Below the pieces are notes generated by a model. It did not search any database, was not told the DNA's origin, and saw nothing but the letters and a program-made list of their open reading frames with translations. From Sphingomonadaceae bacterium (lineage in GTDB: Bacteria; Chloroflexota; UBA6077), in NCBI GenBank assembly GCA_050261575.1, contig JBLNDL010000005.1:1-64000 (forward strand): a stretch of DNA of 64,000 nucleotides, written 5' to 3'. Positions 20,820 to 29,116 of this stretch are shown one piece after another. Both the position numbers and the translations under genes were made by a program. Numbering within the stretch: position 1 is the stretch's first letter; each line of letters begins with the position of its first letter.

Positions 20820-20876
20820 GGACCGAGAGGGTCTGGCCCGGTCCTCAGTCCCGAGCCCTCAGTCCTGACCGGCTCC

Positions 20877-21257
20877 TCAGTCCTCGCTCTCCGGTTCCTC
20901 TGTCACGGCCTCGCCGCCTTCGTTGCCGATCGCCCCGAAGCCGGTATCGCCGTAGCCGCCCGTCACCCCGGGGTCGGTGTCGGAGCCGAGCCCCGCGGTT
21001 TCGTAGCCCCTGGTGAAGGTCGGCTGAGTAGTGGCCATGGTGGCGTTGTTCAGCGACCGAATGTAGACCCACACTGCGTCTTCGCTGATCCCCTCCTCCA
21101 TGGCGATTTCGTAGGGCCGACGCCCCTCGGCGATCATCTGGGCGATGTGCTGCTCCCGGTCCGGCAGCGACTCCACCAGGCCGGGCACACTGTTCAGCCG
21201 ATCGGCCAGTTCTCTGTAACTCCGCTCCTCGGTGCTCTCGAAGTCTCTTTGATTCAT
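20877..21257 (-). CDS. Small protein with sigma-region-4/LuxR-like HTH and Gly/acidic tail
   Basis: LPDREQHIAQMIAEGRRPYEIAMEEGISEDAV; tail GLGSDTDPGVTGGYGDTGFG. Confidence 0.6.
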   Translation of the reverse strand: MNQRDFESTEERSYRELADRLNSVPGLVESLPDREQHIAQMIAEGRRPYEIAMEEGISEDAVWVYIRSLNNATMATTQPTFTRGYETAGLGSDTDPGVTGGYGDTGFGAIGNEGGEAVTEEPESED

Positions 21258-21568
21258 CCTGGATCCCTGCCAGATTGCAGGATAGGAGGCCGAAACCCGC
21301 AGATGGCATCCGGGCCGACGACGGGGACGGACATCCCTCCCTCGAAGTAAAGAAGATGGGCCGCTCAGTGGAGGCAACCCGACCAAGCGGCCCACACAAC
21401 GTGATTGGCGATCTGCATACGCCGGCATCACCTCCTCCACAGGACGGCTATTCCATCGTGGAAGGCAAGGCTATCCCCCGTAGGGCAGGAAGCATGCCAT
21501 TGCGGCCGGCTGATCATCGAGGGATGGGGCTCGACCCGTGTCCGGTCCCTGGTGGAAGGCTGGCAGCA

Positions 21569-21634
21569 ATTAGCATCCCTTATAGATCGAATAGAATCTT
21601 CATTCTTGACGATATGTTACAGTAGGAGCATATT
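21569..21634 (+). promoter_or_regulatory. LysR-type binding site plus sigma70 promoter (Na/Pi transporter-dehydrogenase operon)
   Basis: ATTAGCATCCCTTAT-N7-ATAGAATCT-N6-TTGACG-N17-CATATT; same layout as 26499-26564. Confidence 0.8.
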
Positions 21635-21658
21635 AGCGACCTCAGTCTCCAGGGGGAG

Positions 21659-23281
21659 ATGCCTTTGGACGCCAACCTGATGCTGTTCAGCCTCTTTGGA
21701 GGGGTCTATCTCCTCCTATATGGGATCCGACTGTCTGGCGAAGGGATGCAGCGGGCGGCGGGGAACCAGTTGCGCCGGATCCTGGGCACCCTCACCCAGA
21801 AGCCGGTGGTGGGGCTGCTGGTCGGCGCCGGGGTCACTGCGGTCCTCCAGAGCAGCGGCGCCACCACGGTGATGCTGGTGAGCCTGGTGGGCGCGGGGCT
21901 AATGACTCTGCGACAGGCCATCGGCGTCATCCTGGGTGCGGACGTCGGCACCACCATCACCGTCCAGCTCATCGCCTTCAAGGTACTGGACTACGCCATC
22001 CTCCTAGTCGGACTGGGGCTGGCGATCATGTTCAGCTTCCGGCGCAGCGCCTACCGCCACCTGGGGGAGGCGATCCTCGGCTTCGGCTTCATCTTCCTGG
22101 CCATGAAGATCATGATCGACGGCATGGCTCCCCTGCGCCAAAGCCTCCTCTTCCAGGAAATCCTGCTCAATCTGGTGGACATGCCGCTCCTGACGGTTCT
22201 CGTCGCCGCGGTGCTAACGGCGCTGGTTGCCTCCAGCGCGGCGACCATCGGCCTCGCTATCACCCTGGCCCTGCAGGGCCTGATGCCGTTGCCGGTGGGG
22301 CTCGCCATCGTCCTGGGAGCCAACCTCGGCACCTGCGCCACCGCCCTGGTCTCTGCCCTGGGCACAACGCCGGAGGCCAGGCGGGTAGCCATCACCCACA
22401 CCCTCTTCAAGCTGATCGGGGTGCTGGCCCTGTTTCCCTTCCTCCCGCCGTTGACGAGTTTGACCGCCCTGACGGCGGGTGACGTGCCGCGCCAAATAGC
22501 CAACTTCCACACCCTGTTCAACGTGGCGCTCGCCGTGGTCTTCCTGCCCTTCACCGGCCCCTTCGCCAAACTGGTTACACGCCTGGTGCCAGAATCGAAG
22601 AAGGTGGGAGACCCCATGCAGCCCCGCTACCTGGACGAGAGCGTGCTGGACACCCCGGCATTGGCGCTGGGGCAGGCCACGCGGGAGACGCTGCGGATGG
22701 CGGACCTCGTGCAGGAGATGTTTCGGGATGCCATGTCGGTGTTCCGCACCAACGATTTGGCGCTGGCCGAGGAGCTGCAGGCCCGCGACGACGTGGTAGA
22801 CCGACTGGAGGAGCACATCAAGCACTACCTCACCCGGCTCACAGAGCAGGAACTCACGCCGGAGCAGTCCAAGCGCGAGGTTAGCCTGCTGTTCATGATC
22901 CAGGACCTGGAGAACATCGGTGACATCGTGGACAAGAACCTGATGGAGCTGGCCAAGAAGAAGATAGCCAGCCGGCTGGAGTTCTCCGCGGAGGGGGCCA
23001 AGGACATCGAGCATCTGACCCGCCTGGTGGCGGAGAATCTGAACCTGGCGGTGGCCGCCTACGCGACCCAGGATGCCGATCTAGCCCAGAAGCTGCTGCG
23101 GCACAAGCTGAACATAACCCGCGCAGAGCGGGAGCTGAAACAGGCCCACATCCGCCGCCTTCACGACGGTGTGAAGGAGAGCATGGACACCAGCGCCATC
23201 CACCTGGACGTGCTCTCCAATCTGGAGCGGATCAACTCCCACGCCACCAACATAGCTTTCGTCGTGTTGGGCGAGCTGTGA
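21659..23281 (+). CDS. Na+/Pi cotransporter family protein with C-terminal PhoU domains
   Basis: QSSGATT and ASSAAT repeats, GADVGTT/GANLGT, IANFHTLFN, DLENIGD, NLERINSH. Confidence 0.92.
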   Translation: MPLDANLMLFSLFGGVYLLLYGIRLSGEGMQRAAGNQLRRILGTLTQKPVVGLLVGAGVTAVLQSSGATTVMLVSLVGAGLMTLRQAIGVILGADVGTTITVQLIAFKVLDYAILLVGLGLAIMFSFRRSAYRHLGEAILGFGFIFLAMKIMIDGMAPLRQSLLFQEILLNLVDMPLLTVLVAAVLTALVASSAATIGLAITLALQGLMPLPVGLAIVLGANLGTCATALVSALGTTPEARRVAITHTLFKLIGVLALFPFLPPLTSLTALTAGDVPRQIANFHTLFNVALAVVFLPFTGPFAKLVTRLVPESKKVGDPMQPRYLDESVLDTPALALGQATRETLRMADLVQEMFRDAMSVFRTNDLALAEELQARDDVVDRLEEHIKHYLTRLTEQELTPEQSKREVSLLFMIQDLENIGDIVDKNLMELAKKKIASRLEFSAEGAKDIEHLTRLVAENLNLAVAAYATQDADLAQKLLRHKLNITRAERELKQAHIRRLHDGVKESMDTSAIHLDVLSNLERINSHATNIAFVVLGEL

Positions 23282-23298
23282 ATTGAGGAGGCTTCGCG

Positions 23299-24399
23299 TT
23301 GGGTCAAGCGCAGTTCAAGGTGGTGATCCTGGACCGGCCTAGCTGGTACGTCCCCAGCCTGGAGCAGGAGGAGCTGGGCAAGGTGGGAGCGCAGGTAGTG
23401 GTGGGATGGTCGAGTCTACCCGATGCGCCCCCCGAGGCGGCCTGGCACTATCCCACCGCCATGACTCCGGAGCAGTACAGCACCATCACCTCGGCCTTCG
23501 TTCCGGTATCCATCGGCACCGAGGAGAGGCTGATAGCCATGGCCCGGGACGCCGACGCCGTCCTGGTGATCTCGGCCAGGGTGACCGGCAGGGTGATAGA
23601 GTCGCTGCCGAGGCTGAGGGCGATCGGCCGCTACGGCATCGGCGTGGACAACGTCGACGTGGAGGCCGCCACCCGGCGAGGCATCGCCGTGGTCAACGTG
23701 CCGGGCTTCTGCGTCCGGGAGGTGGCGGACCACGTCATGATGTTGGTGCTGGCCTTCGCCCGGAAGCTGACATTCCTGCACGGACTGATGCGCCAGGGGG
23801 TCTGGGGCCGGGGGAAAGCCTCCCCCATGCCCGCCCTCTACAGCCAGACCCTCGGCTTGCTCGCCTTCGGCGAGATCAGCCGAGAGGTGGCCCTGCGAGC
23901 CAGCCCCTTCGGGCTAACCCTGCTGGCCCACGACCCCTTCGTGACCCAGGACACCGCCGACCGCTACGGCGTCACCCTGGTGAGTCTGGAAGAGCTGCTC
24001 GCTCGATCGGACTACCTCTCGGTCCACGCCCCCCTCAACGCAAAGACCAGGCACATGCTGAGCGAGGCGGAGTTCCGGCGGATGAAGCCCTCCGCCGTCG
24101 TCCTCAACACGGCGAGGGGACCGGTAGTGGACGAGGAGGCCCTGGTCAAGGCGCTCCGGGAGGGGTGGATCGCCGGAGCCGGGCTGGACGTCTACGAGGA
24201 GGAGCCTCTAGACCCCACCAGCCCCCTGCTGACGATGGAGAACGTCCTGCTTACCCCCCACACGGCCGGGCTCTCGGACGAGAGCCAGCGAGACTCCCGC
24301 AGGCGGGTATCCAGGGCGGTGGCGGAGATACTGGCGGGCCGCTGGCCGGAGGGCCGGGAGCTTTACAACCCAGTCGTCAAGGAGCGGGCCCAAGCCTAA
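23299..24399 (+). CDS. D-isomer-specific 2-hydroxyacid dehydrogenase (CtBP/SerA-like)
   Basis: RYGIGVDNVD, EVADH, NTARG, DVYEEEP, TPHTAG (Arg/Glu/His triad); variant Rossmann motif GLLAFGEI; ~30-aa N-terminal insertion. Confidence 0.9.
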   Translation: MGQAQFKVVILDRPSWYVPSLEQEELGKVGAQVVVGWSSLPDAPPEAAWHYPTAMTPEQYSTITSAFVPVSIGTEERLIAMARDADAVLVISARVTGRVIESLPRLRAIGRYGIGVDNVDVEAATRRGIAVVNVPGFCVREVADHVMMLVLAFARKLTFLHGLMRQGVWGRGKASPMPALYSQTLGLLAFGEISREVALRASPFGLTLLAHDPFVTQDTADRYGVTLVSLEELLARSDYLSVHAPLNAKTRHMLSEAEFRRMKPSAVVLNTARGPVVDEEALVKALREGWIAGAGLDVYEEEPLDPTSPLLTMENVLLTPHTAGLSDESQRDSRRRVSRAVAEILAGRWPEGRELYNPVVKERAQA

Positions 24400-24406
24400 C
24401 AGCCGC

Positions 24407-24445
24407 ATTCTGGTAGCGGGGGCGAACCTCCACCGCTACCAGAAT
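24407..24445. terminator. 13-bp hairpin, probable bidirectional terminator
   Basis: ATTCTGGTAGCGG/CCGCTACCAGAAT just after the dehydrogenase stop. Confidence 0.7.
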
Positions 24446-24454
24446 CGCCCCACC

Positions 24455-24750
24455 ATCCGCGCAGGGCGTTGGCAGCAGCCTGGGCGATATCGGTGTCAGT
24501 GCGCATCCGCTCTCCGGGCAGGCTCGCATCGATATCATTAGCTACCGCCTTCACACCTAGGACACTCTTCGCGGCTTTTTCGGCGGCGTACTTACTCTAT
24601 CGGGTAGCTCGCAACCGTGCCTGTCAAGGTCACCACCCCATCGTTGACCTCGGCTCCCACATCCGTCTGCTCCACTTCGGGGTCCCACTCGAGTTCATCC
24701 AGCACCTGCCGCTGGATCTCCTCGTCGGTCAGCAGGGTAGTTCTCGTCAC
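24455..24750 (-). pseudogene. BON-domain (OsmY-like) pseudogene, frameshifted and truncated
   Basis: TDEEIQRQVLDELEWDPEV...VNDGVVTLTGTVASYPIE* then shifted frame KYAAEKAAKSVLGVKAVANDI...RTDTDIAQAAANAL; similarity ends at the hairpin. Confidence 0.8.
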
Positions 24751-24760
24751 GGTTCTTTTC

Positions 24761-25210
24761 CTACGCTGCCTTCACCTTTATGTGGGATTCCTTTGCTGCC
24801 CCTGACATGGGCAATCGCAACCTCAGGATGCCGTTCTCGTACCTGGCCTCGGCCTTGTCCGCCTGCACCTCACTGGGAAGGGTCAACTGCCGGAAGAAGC
24901 GAGCAGTCCCCACCTCGCGGTAGTAGTAGTCCTCCTCCTTGCGCTCCTTCTCCTCCTTGCGTTCGGCACGGATGGTCAGCGTGTTGCCCGACACGCTGAT
25001 GTCCACGTCCTCAGGGCGGACGCCGGGCAGGGTGGCCTCGACAATCACATCGTTGTTCTGCCGGTACATGTTGACCGGGAAGAAGCGCATCGCCACACCC
25101 GGCCGCTCCCAGTGGCGCTCGAAGGGCTCGATGGCCTCCTCCATCATCCTCTCTAACTCGTCGGTCAGCCTTCGCATCTCGCGCATCGGCCGCCACAACT
25201 CCAAAGTCAT
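24761..25210 (-). CDS. Hsp20/alpha-crystallin small heat-shock protein
   Basis: PVNMY, LPGVRPEDVDISV, FFRQLTLP, AEARYENGILRLRLP. Confidence 0.95.
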   Translation of the reverse strand: MTLELWRPMREMRRLTDELERMMEEAIEPFERHWERPGVAMRFFPVNMYRQNNDVIVEATLPGVRPEDVDISVSGNTLTIRAERKEEKERKEEDYYYREVGTARFFRQLTLPSEVQADKAEARYENGILRLRLPMSGAAKESHIKVKAA

Positions 25211-25585
25211 GCCAATCCCCTTCCACATGTCGTTCTCGACAAACCGTCATCAGCGCCTGGTCTGCGAACGCGACGAAAGCGGTGCTTCGAGGATGCCCAG
25301 CAGCTCGGGCTGCCAGGATTCTTCAGTATCCACGCCTTCTTGCGCTCGAACCTACGTGCATGTCAAATCGCGAAGGAAAAGCGGCAAGAGCTGTACCATC
25401 GAATCTGATCTCATGCTCGTCGCCACCTCGATGAGTGGGCGCGGCTCTCGGTTGCCTCCACTCGAATGAGATGCGTCGGCCCTGTTCCGCTCCCCCTCGG
25501 ACTTGCGCTCTGTGGAATCAACATGCATGATACTGTCTGGTGTCGTATCCCAGCCACGGAACTGCTCATTCCAGGGAGGTCGACC

Positions 25586-26503
25586 ATGGCGGATCTCCGG
25601 CTGAAGGTCTTCTGCAAGGTGGCAGAGCTAGGCAGCTTCTCGAAGGCGGGGGAGGCCCTCTACCTCACCCAGCCGGGGGTGACCTTCCACATCAAGATGC
25701 TGGAGGAGGAGGTAGGCACCCCCCTCTTCGTACGACAGCGAAGCGGCATCTCCCTCACTCCCGCCGGAGAGACCCTGCTGAGGTACGGCAAGGAGATCCT
25801 CAGCCTCTACGAGCAGATGGAGCGAGAGATCCACACCCTCACCGGCACCGTGCGGGGCCACCTCTCCATCGGCGTCGCGTCGATCATGGGCCACTACTTC
25901 ATGCCCAGGATCATCGGCGCGTTCAAGAAGGGATTCCCGCAGGTCGAGTTGACCACGCATATCGGAAACAGCGGGGACCTGCTGGAATCACTGAAGAACG
26001 GCGACTTCGACCTGGCCGTCGTCGGCGGCCCCATCGAGGTGAAGGGGCTGGCGAAGGAGCTGCTCGTCCAGGATGAGCTTGTGCTCATCGTGCCCCCGGA
26101 CCACCGATGGGCTGGGCTCACTCAGGTCGAGCCAGTGGACTTGAAGAGAGAGCCCTTCATTCTGCGAGAGGAGGGCTCCAGCACCCGAGACACCCTGGCG
26201 ATCCACCTCAAGTCCAAGCGGATCAAGCTCGGTGACCTGAAGGTGGTGATGACCCTGGGCAGCACCGAGGCGATCAAGGCTGCCGTGCAGAGCGGGGTGG
26301 GGGTCTCCATCGTTTCCAACCTGGCCATCGGGAACGAATTGAGGCTCGGCCTCTTCAAGAAGGTGGGCATCAGGGGAATGCATCTGTCCAGGAGCTTCTA
26401 CATCGTGCTCCCACCAGGCAGACCGCGCCTCTCTCCAGCGGCCGACGAGTTCCTCGACTTCCTGCGCCATCACCACGCCGCCGTCCCCCATTGCGATCAT
26501 TAG
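25586..26503 (+). CDS. LysR-family regulator (CysL/CmpR-like)
   Basis: SFSKAGEALYLTQPGVTFHIKMLEEEVG HTH; LREEGSSTR, GSTEAIKAAVQSGVG. Confidence 0.95.
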   Translation: MADLRLKVFCKVAELGSFSKAGEALYLTQPGVTFHIKMLEEEVGTPLFVRQRSGISLTPAGETLLRYGKEILSLYEQMEREIHTLTGTVRGHLSIGVASIMGHYFMPRIIGAFKKGFPQVELTTHIGNSGDLLESLKNGDFDLAVVGGPIEVKGLAKELLVQDELVLIVPPDHRWAGLTQVEPVDLKREPFILREEGSSTRDTLAIHLKSKRIKLGDLKVVMTLGSTEAIKAAVQSGVGVSIVSNLAIGNELRLGLFKKVGIRGMHLSRSFYIVLPPGRPRLSPAADEFLDFLRHHHAAVPHCDH

Positions 26504-26564
26504 CATTCCTTATGCCCGGCATAGAATCTCCCATGTTGACGCTGTCGTGGCCCCAACTTAGAGT
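26499..26564 (+). promoter_or_regulatory. LysR-type binding site plus sigma70 promoter (pepM-DASS operon)
   Basis: ATTAGCATTCCTTAT-N7-ATAGAATCT-N6-TTGACG-N17-TAGAGT. Confidence 0.8.
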
Positions 26565-26611
26565 GCCTTCGCCCCCACATGTCAGTTCGACAGGGTGAAA
26601 GGTGGTTGGAT

Positions 26612-27508
26612 ATGGCGATCAACAAGGCCACTCAGCTCAGGCGTCTTCTTCACTCCGACAAGCTCGAGTTCTTGATGGAGGCCCACAACGGCCTCAGCGC
26701 CAGGATCGTGGAGGAAGCAGGCTTCGAGGGTATCTGGGCCAGCGGCCTATCGATCTCGGCGGCCATGGGCGTGCGGGACAACAACGAGGCCAGTTGGACG
26801 CAGGTGCTCGAGGTGTTGGAGTTCATGAGCGACGCCACCAACATCCCCATCCTGCTGGATGGCGACACCGGCTACGGGAACTTCAACAACGCCCGGCGTC
26901 TGGTCAAGAAGCTGGAGCAGCGGGGCATCGCGGGCGTCTGTCTGGAGGACAAGCTGTTCCCGAAGACCAACTCCTTCATCAGCGGCGAGCAGCAACCACT
27001 GGCCGACGTCGAGGAGTTCTGCGGAAAGCTGAAGGCCGCGAAGGACGCACAGGAGAACCCCGACTTCTGCGTGGTGGCCCGGACCGAGGCGTTCATCACC
27101 GGTTGGGATGCGGGCGAGGCATTGAGGCGGGCGAAGGCGTACCGACAGGCCGGCGCCGATGCCATCCTGGTCCACAGCAAGAGAACCGGCCCCGAAGACG
27201 TGGTGGCGTTCATGCGGGAGTGGGACAACCGCTGCCCAGTAGTGATAGTCCCCACCACCTACTACGGCACCCCAACCAGCCTGTTCGAGGAGATCGGCAT
27301 CAGTCTGGTGATCTGGGCCAATCACGTGCTGCGGGGAAGCATCGCGGCCATGCAGGCGACGGCTGCGCAGATCTTCCGAGAACGATCTCTCGCTGGGATC
27401 GAGCCGAAGATCGTGCCCGTCGCCGAGGTGTTCCGCCTGCAGAGGGCCGACGAGTTGAAGCAGGCGGAGAAGAAGTACCTACCGCAGGCGACCGCGTGCG
27501 CCAGATAG
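26612..27508 (+). CDS. pepM: Phosphoenolpyruvate phosphomutase
   Basis: [25 protein letters not shown], and the PepM signature EDKxxxxxNS ([10 protein letters not shown]). Confidence 0.95.
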   Translation: MAINKATQLRRLLHSDKLEFLMEAHNGLSARIVEEAGFEGIWASGLSISAAMGVRDNNEASWTQVLEVLEFMSDATNIPILLDGDTGYGNFNNARRLVKKLEQRGIAGVCLEDKLFPKTNSFISGEQQPLADVEEFCGKLKAAKDAQENPDFCVVARTEAFITGWDAGEALRRAKAYRQAGADAILVHSKRTGPEDVVAFMREWDNRCPVVIVPTTYYGTPTSLFEEIGISLVIWANHVLRGSIAAMQATAAQIFRERSLAGIEPKIVPVAEVFRLQRADELKQAEKKYLPQATACAR

Positions 27509-27595
27509 GCCGCGCAGCCGCCGGATTGGCCGCCTTGCCCGGCATCCCTCTCTGTGCTAACCTGCGGCCGACTGCCTGGGAGTAACGAGTGATGA

Positions 27596-29089
27596 GTGAT
27601 GAGTAGAACAAGCGAGGCACCCGATACTCATCGCTCATCACTCATCACTGCTTACTGGAGGATCGCCCTCGCCGCCACGGTCTTCCTGGCCCTCCTGCTG
27701 ATGCCCCCCCAGCCAGGGCTGTCCACCCAGGGCCAGAGGGTGCTGGCCATCGTCGCAACAGCCGTCATCCTGTGGGCCACGGAGGCGTTGCCGGTGGCCG
27801 TCAGCTCCCTGGCGGTAGTGGTGCTGCTGAACATCACAGGCGGGGTGAGGAGCCCGTCCGAGGCGGCGGCCGGCTTCTCCTCCCCCATTCTCTACTTCCT
27901 CATCGGCTCCCAGGTGATGGGGGCGGCCGTCATGCAGTCGGGGCTGGCAGAGCGGCTGGCCACCTACCTGGTGAACCGATCCCAGGGGAGCCCCCGCAAG
28001 CTCACACTCCAGCTTCTACTTGCCCTGCCCTTCATGGCGTTCCTGATTCCGTCCGCCATCAACCGCAACACCATGCTGATCCCTGCCTACGAACAGGTCT
28101 TCCGCTCCTTGAAGGTGGGCAAGGGCGATCGACTGCCTAGGGTGATCATGCTGATCCTGGGCATCCTGAACCCCCTGGCCTCCTCCGCCTTCATGACCGG
28201 GGGGCTAGCCTCCATGACGACCTCGACCCTGCTCGGCGGCTTCACCTGGTTCGGCTGGTTCGCCCTCATGGCGGTGCCCAACTACCTGACGATGGCACTC
28301 GGCGGAGCGATGATCTACCTGCTGTACAGGCCCGACGGCGGCGAGCCACAGGGGCACTGGGACGCCGAGATGCATCCTGCGTCCCGCGTCCCGCGTCCTG
28401 GGAGTGGGGTGCCAACTCAGTACCCAGCACCAAGCGCCCGGCACTCACCACTCAATCGCGCCGAGCGCTACACCTTGCTGGTGATCGCGGCCACCTCGCT
28501 CCTGTGGCTGACCGACTTCATCCACCACTGGAACGCAGCCATCCCGGCGCTGCTTGCGGGCACGGCGTTGATGTGGCCGGGTGTAGGCGTCTTCACCTGG
28601 AAGCAGTTCGAGAAGATGGTGAGCTGGTCCAACTTCTTCTTCCTGGGCGCCTCTCTCTCGCTCACCCAGGCCCTCATCTCCACAGGCGCGGCCAACTGGT
28701 TCGCGCAGGGAACACTGGCCATTCTGGGAAACGGCATGCCCTCCGCGGTGGAACTCGCCCTCTTCGTGATCGCCGTCACATCCGTGGTGCACCTTGCGAT
28801 CCCGAACCAGTCCGCGTGCATCGCCCTGCTGATACCGGTGGTGACGGCCCTAGCCCACTCAACGCAGGTGAATCCGATGGCAACCGGACTGATCGTGGGC
28901 TTCGTCGTGGATACGGTGATCCTCTACCAGGTGCAGACGGTGACGGTCCTGATAGCCTACGAGACGGGACACTTCTCCACCAGGGACGTCTTCAGGGTGG
29001 GGCTCGGCATGCTCGCCCTCACCGTCGGGATCGTCCTGCTGGTGGCCATCCCCTGGTGGGGGCTGCTGGGCCTGGCCTTGGCCCCGTAG
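27596..29089 (+). CDS. DASS/SLC13 anion (dicarboxylate-like) transporter
   Basis: ILWATEALPVAV, SGLAERLA, IPSAINR, many TM helices, ETGHFSTRDVFRVG. Confidence 0.88.
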   Translation: MMSRTSEAPDTHRSSLITAYWRIALAATVFLALLLMPPQPGLSTQGQRVLAIVATAVILWATEALPVAVSSLAVVVLLNITGGVRSPSEAAAGFSSPILYFLIGSQVMGAAVMQSGLAERLATYLVNRSQGSPRKLTLQLLLALPFMAFLIPSAINRNTMLIPAYEQVFRSLKVGKGDRLPRVIMLILGILNPLASSAFMTGGLASMTTSTLLGGFTWFGWFALMAVPNYLTMALGGAMIYLLYRPDGGEPQGHWDAEMHPASRVPRPGSGVPTQYPAPSARHSPLNRAERYTLLVIAATSLLWLTDFIHHWNAAIPALLAGTALMWPGVGVFTWKQFEKMVSWSNFFFLGASLSLTQALISTGAANWFAQGTLAILGNGMPSAVELALFVIAVTSVVHLAIPNQSACIALLIPVVTALAHSTQVNPMATGLIVGFVVDTVILYQVQTVTVLIAYETGHFSTRDVFRVGLGMLALTVGIVLLVAIPWWGLLGLALAP

Positions 29090-29103
29090 GCCAAGGCCAG
29101 GCC
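29069..29103. terminator. Perfect 15-bp inverted repeat over the DASS stop codon, between convergent genes
   Basis: GGCCTGGCCTTGGCC-ccgta-GGCCAAGGCCAGGCC. Confidence 0.6.
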
Positions 29104-29116
29104 GATGGCCCAGGCT

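Noticed and set aside
23299..24399. Phosphite dehydrogenase PtxD (LysR and P-transporter context)
   Set aside because: Has RYGIGVDN rather than the PtxD-type ALKGFDN with its Lys; resembles CtBP/SerA-like enzymes
26612..27508. Phosphonopyruvate hydrolase or isocitrate-lyase-family enzyme
   Set aside because: The EDKxxxxxNS signature is that of PEP mutase
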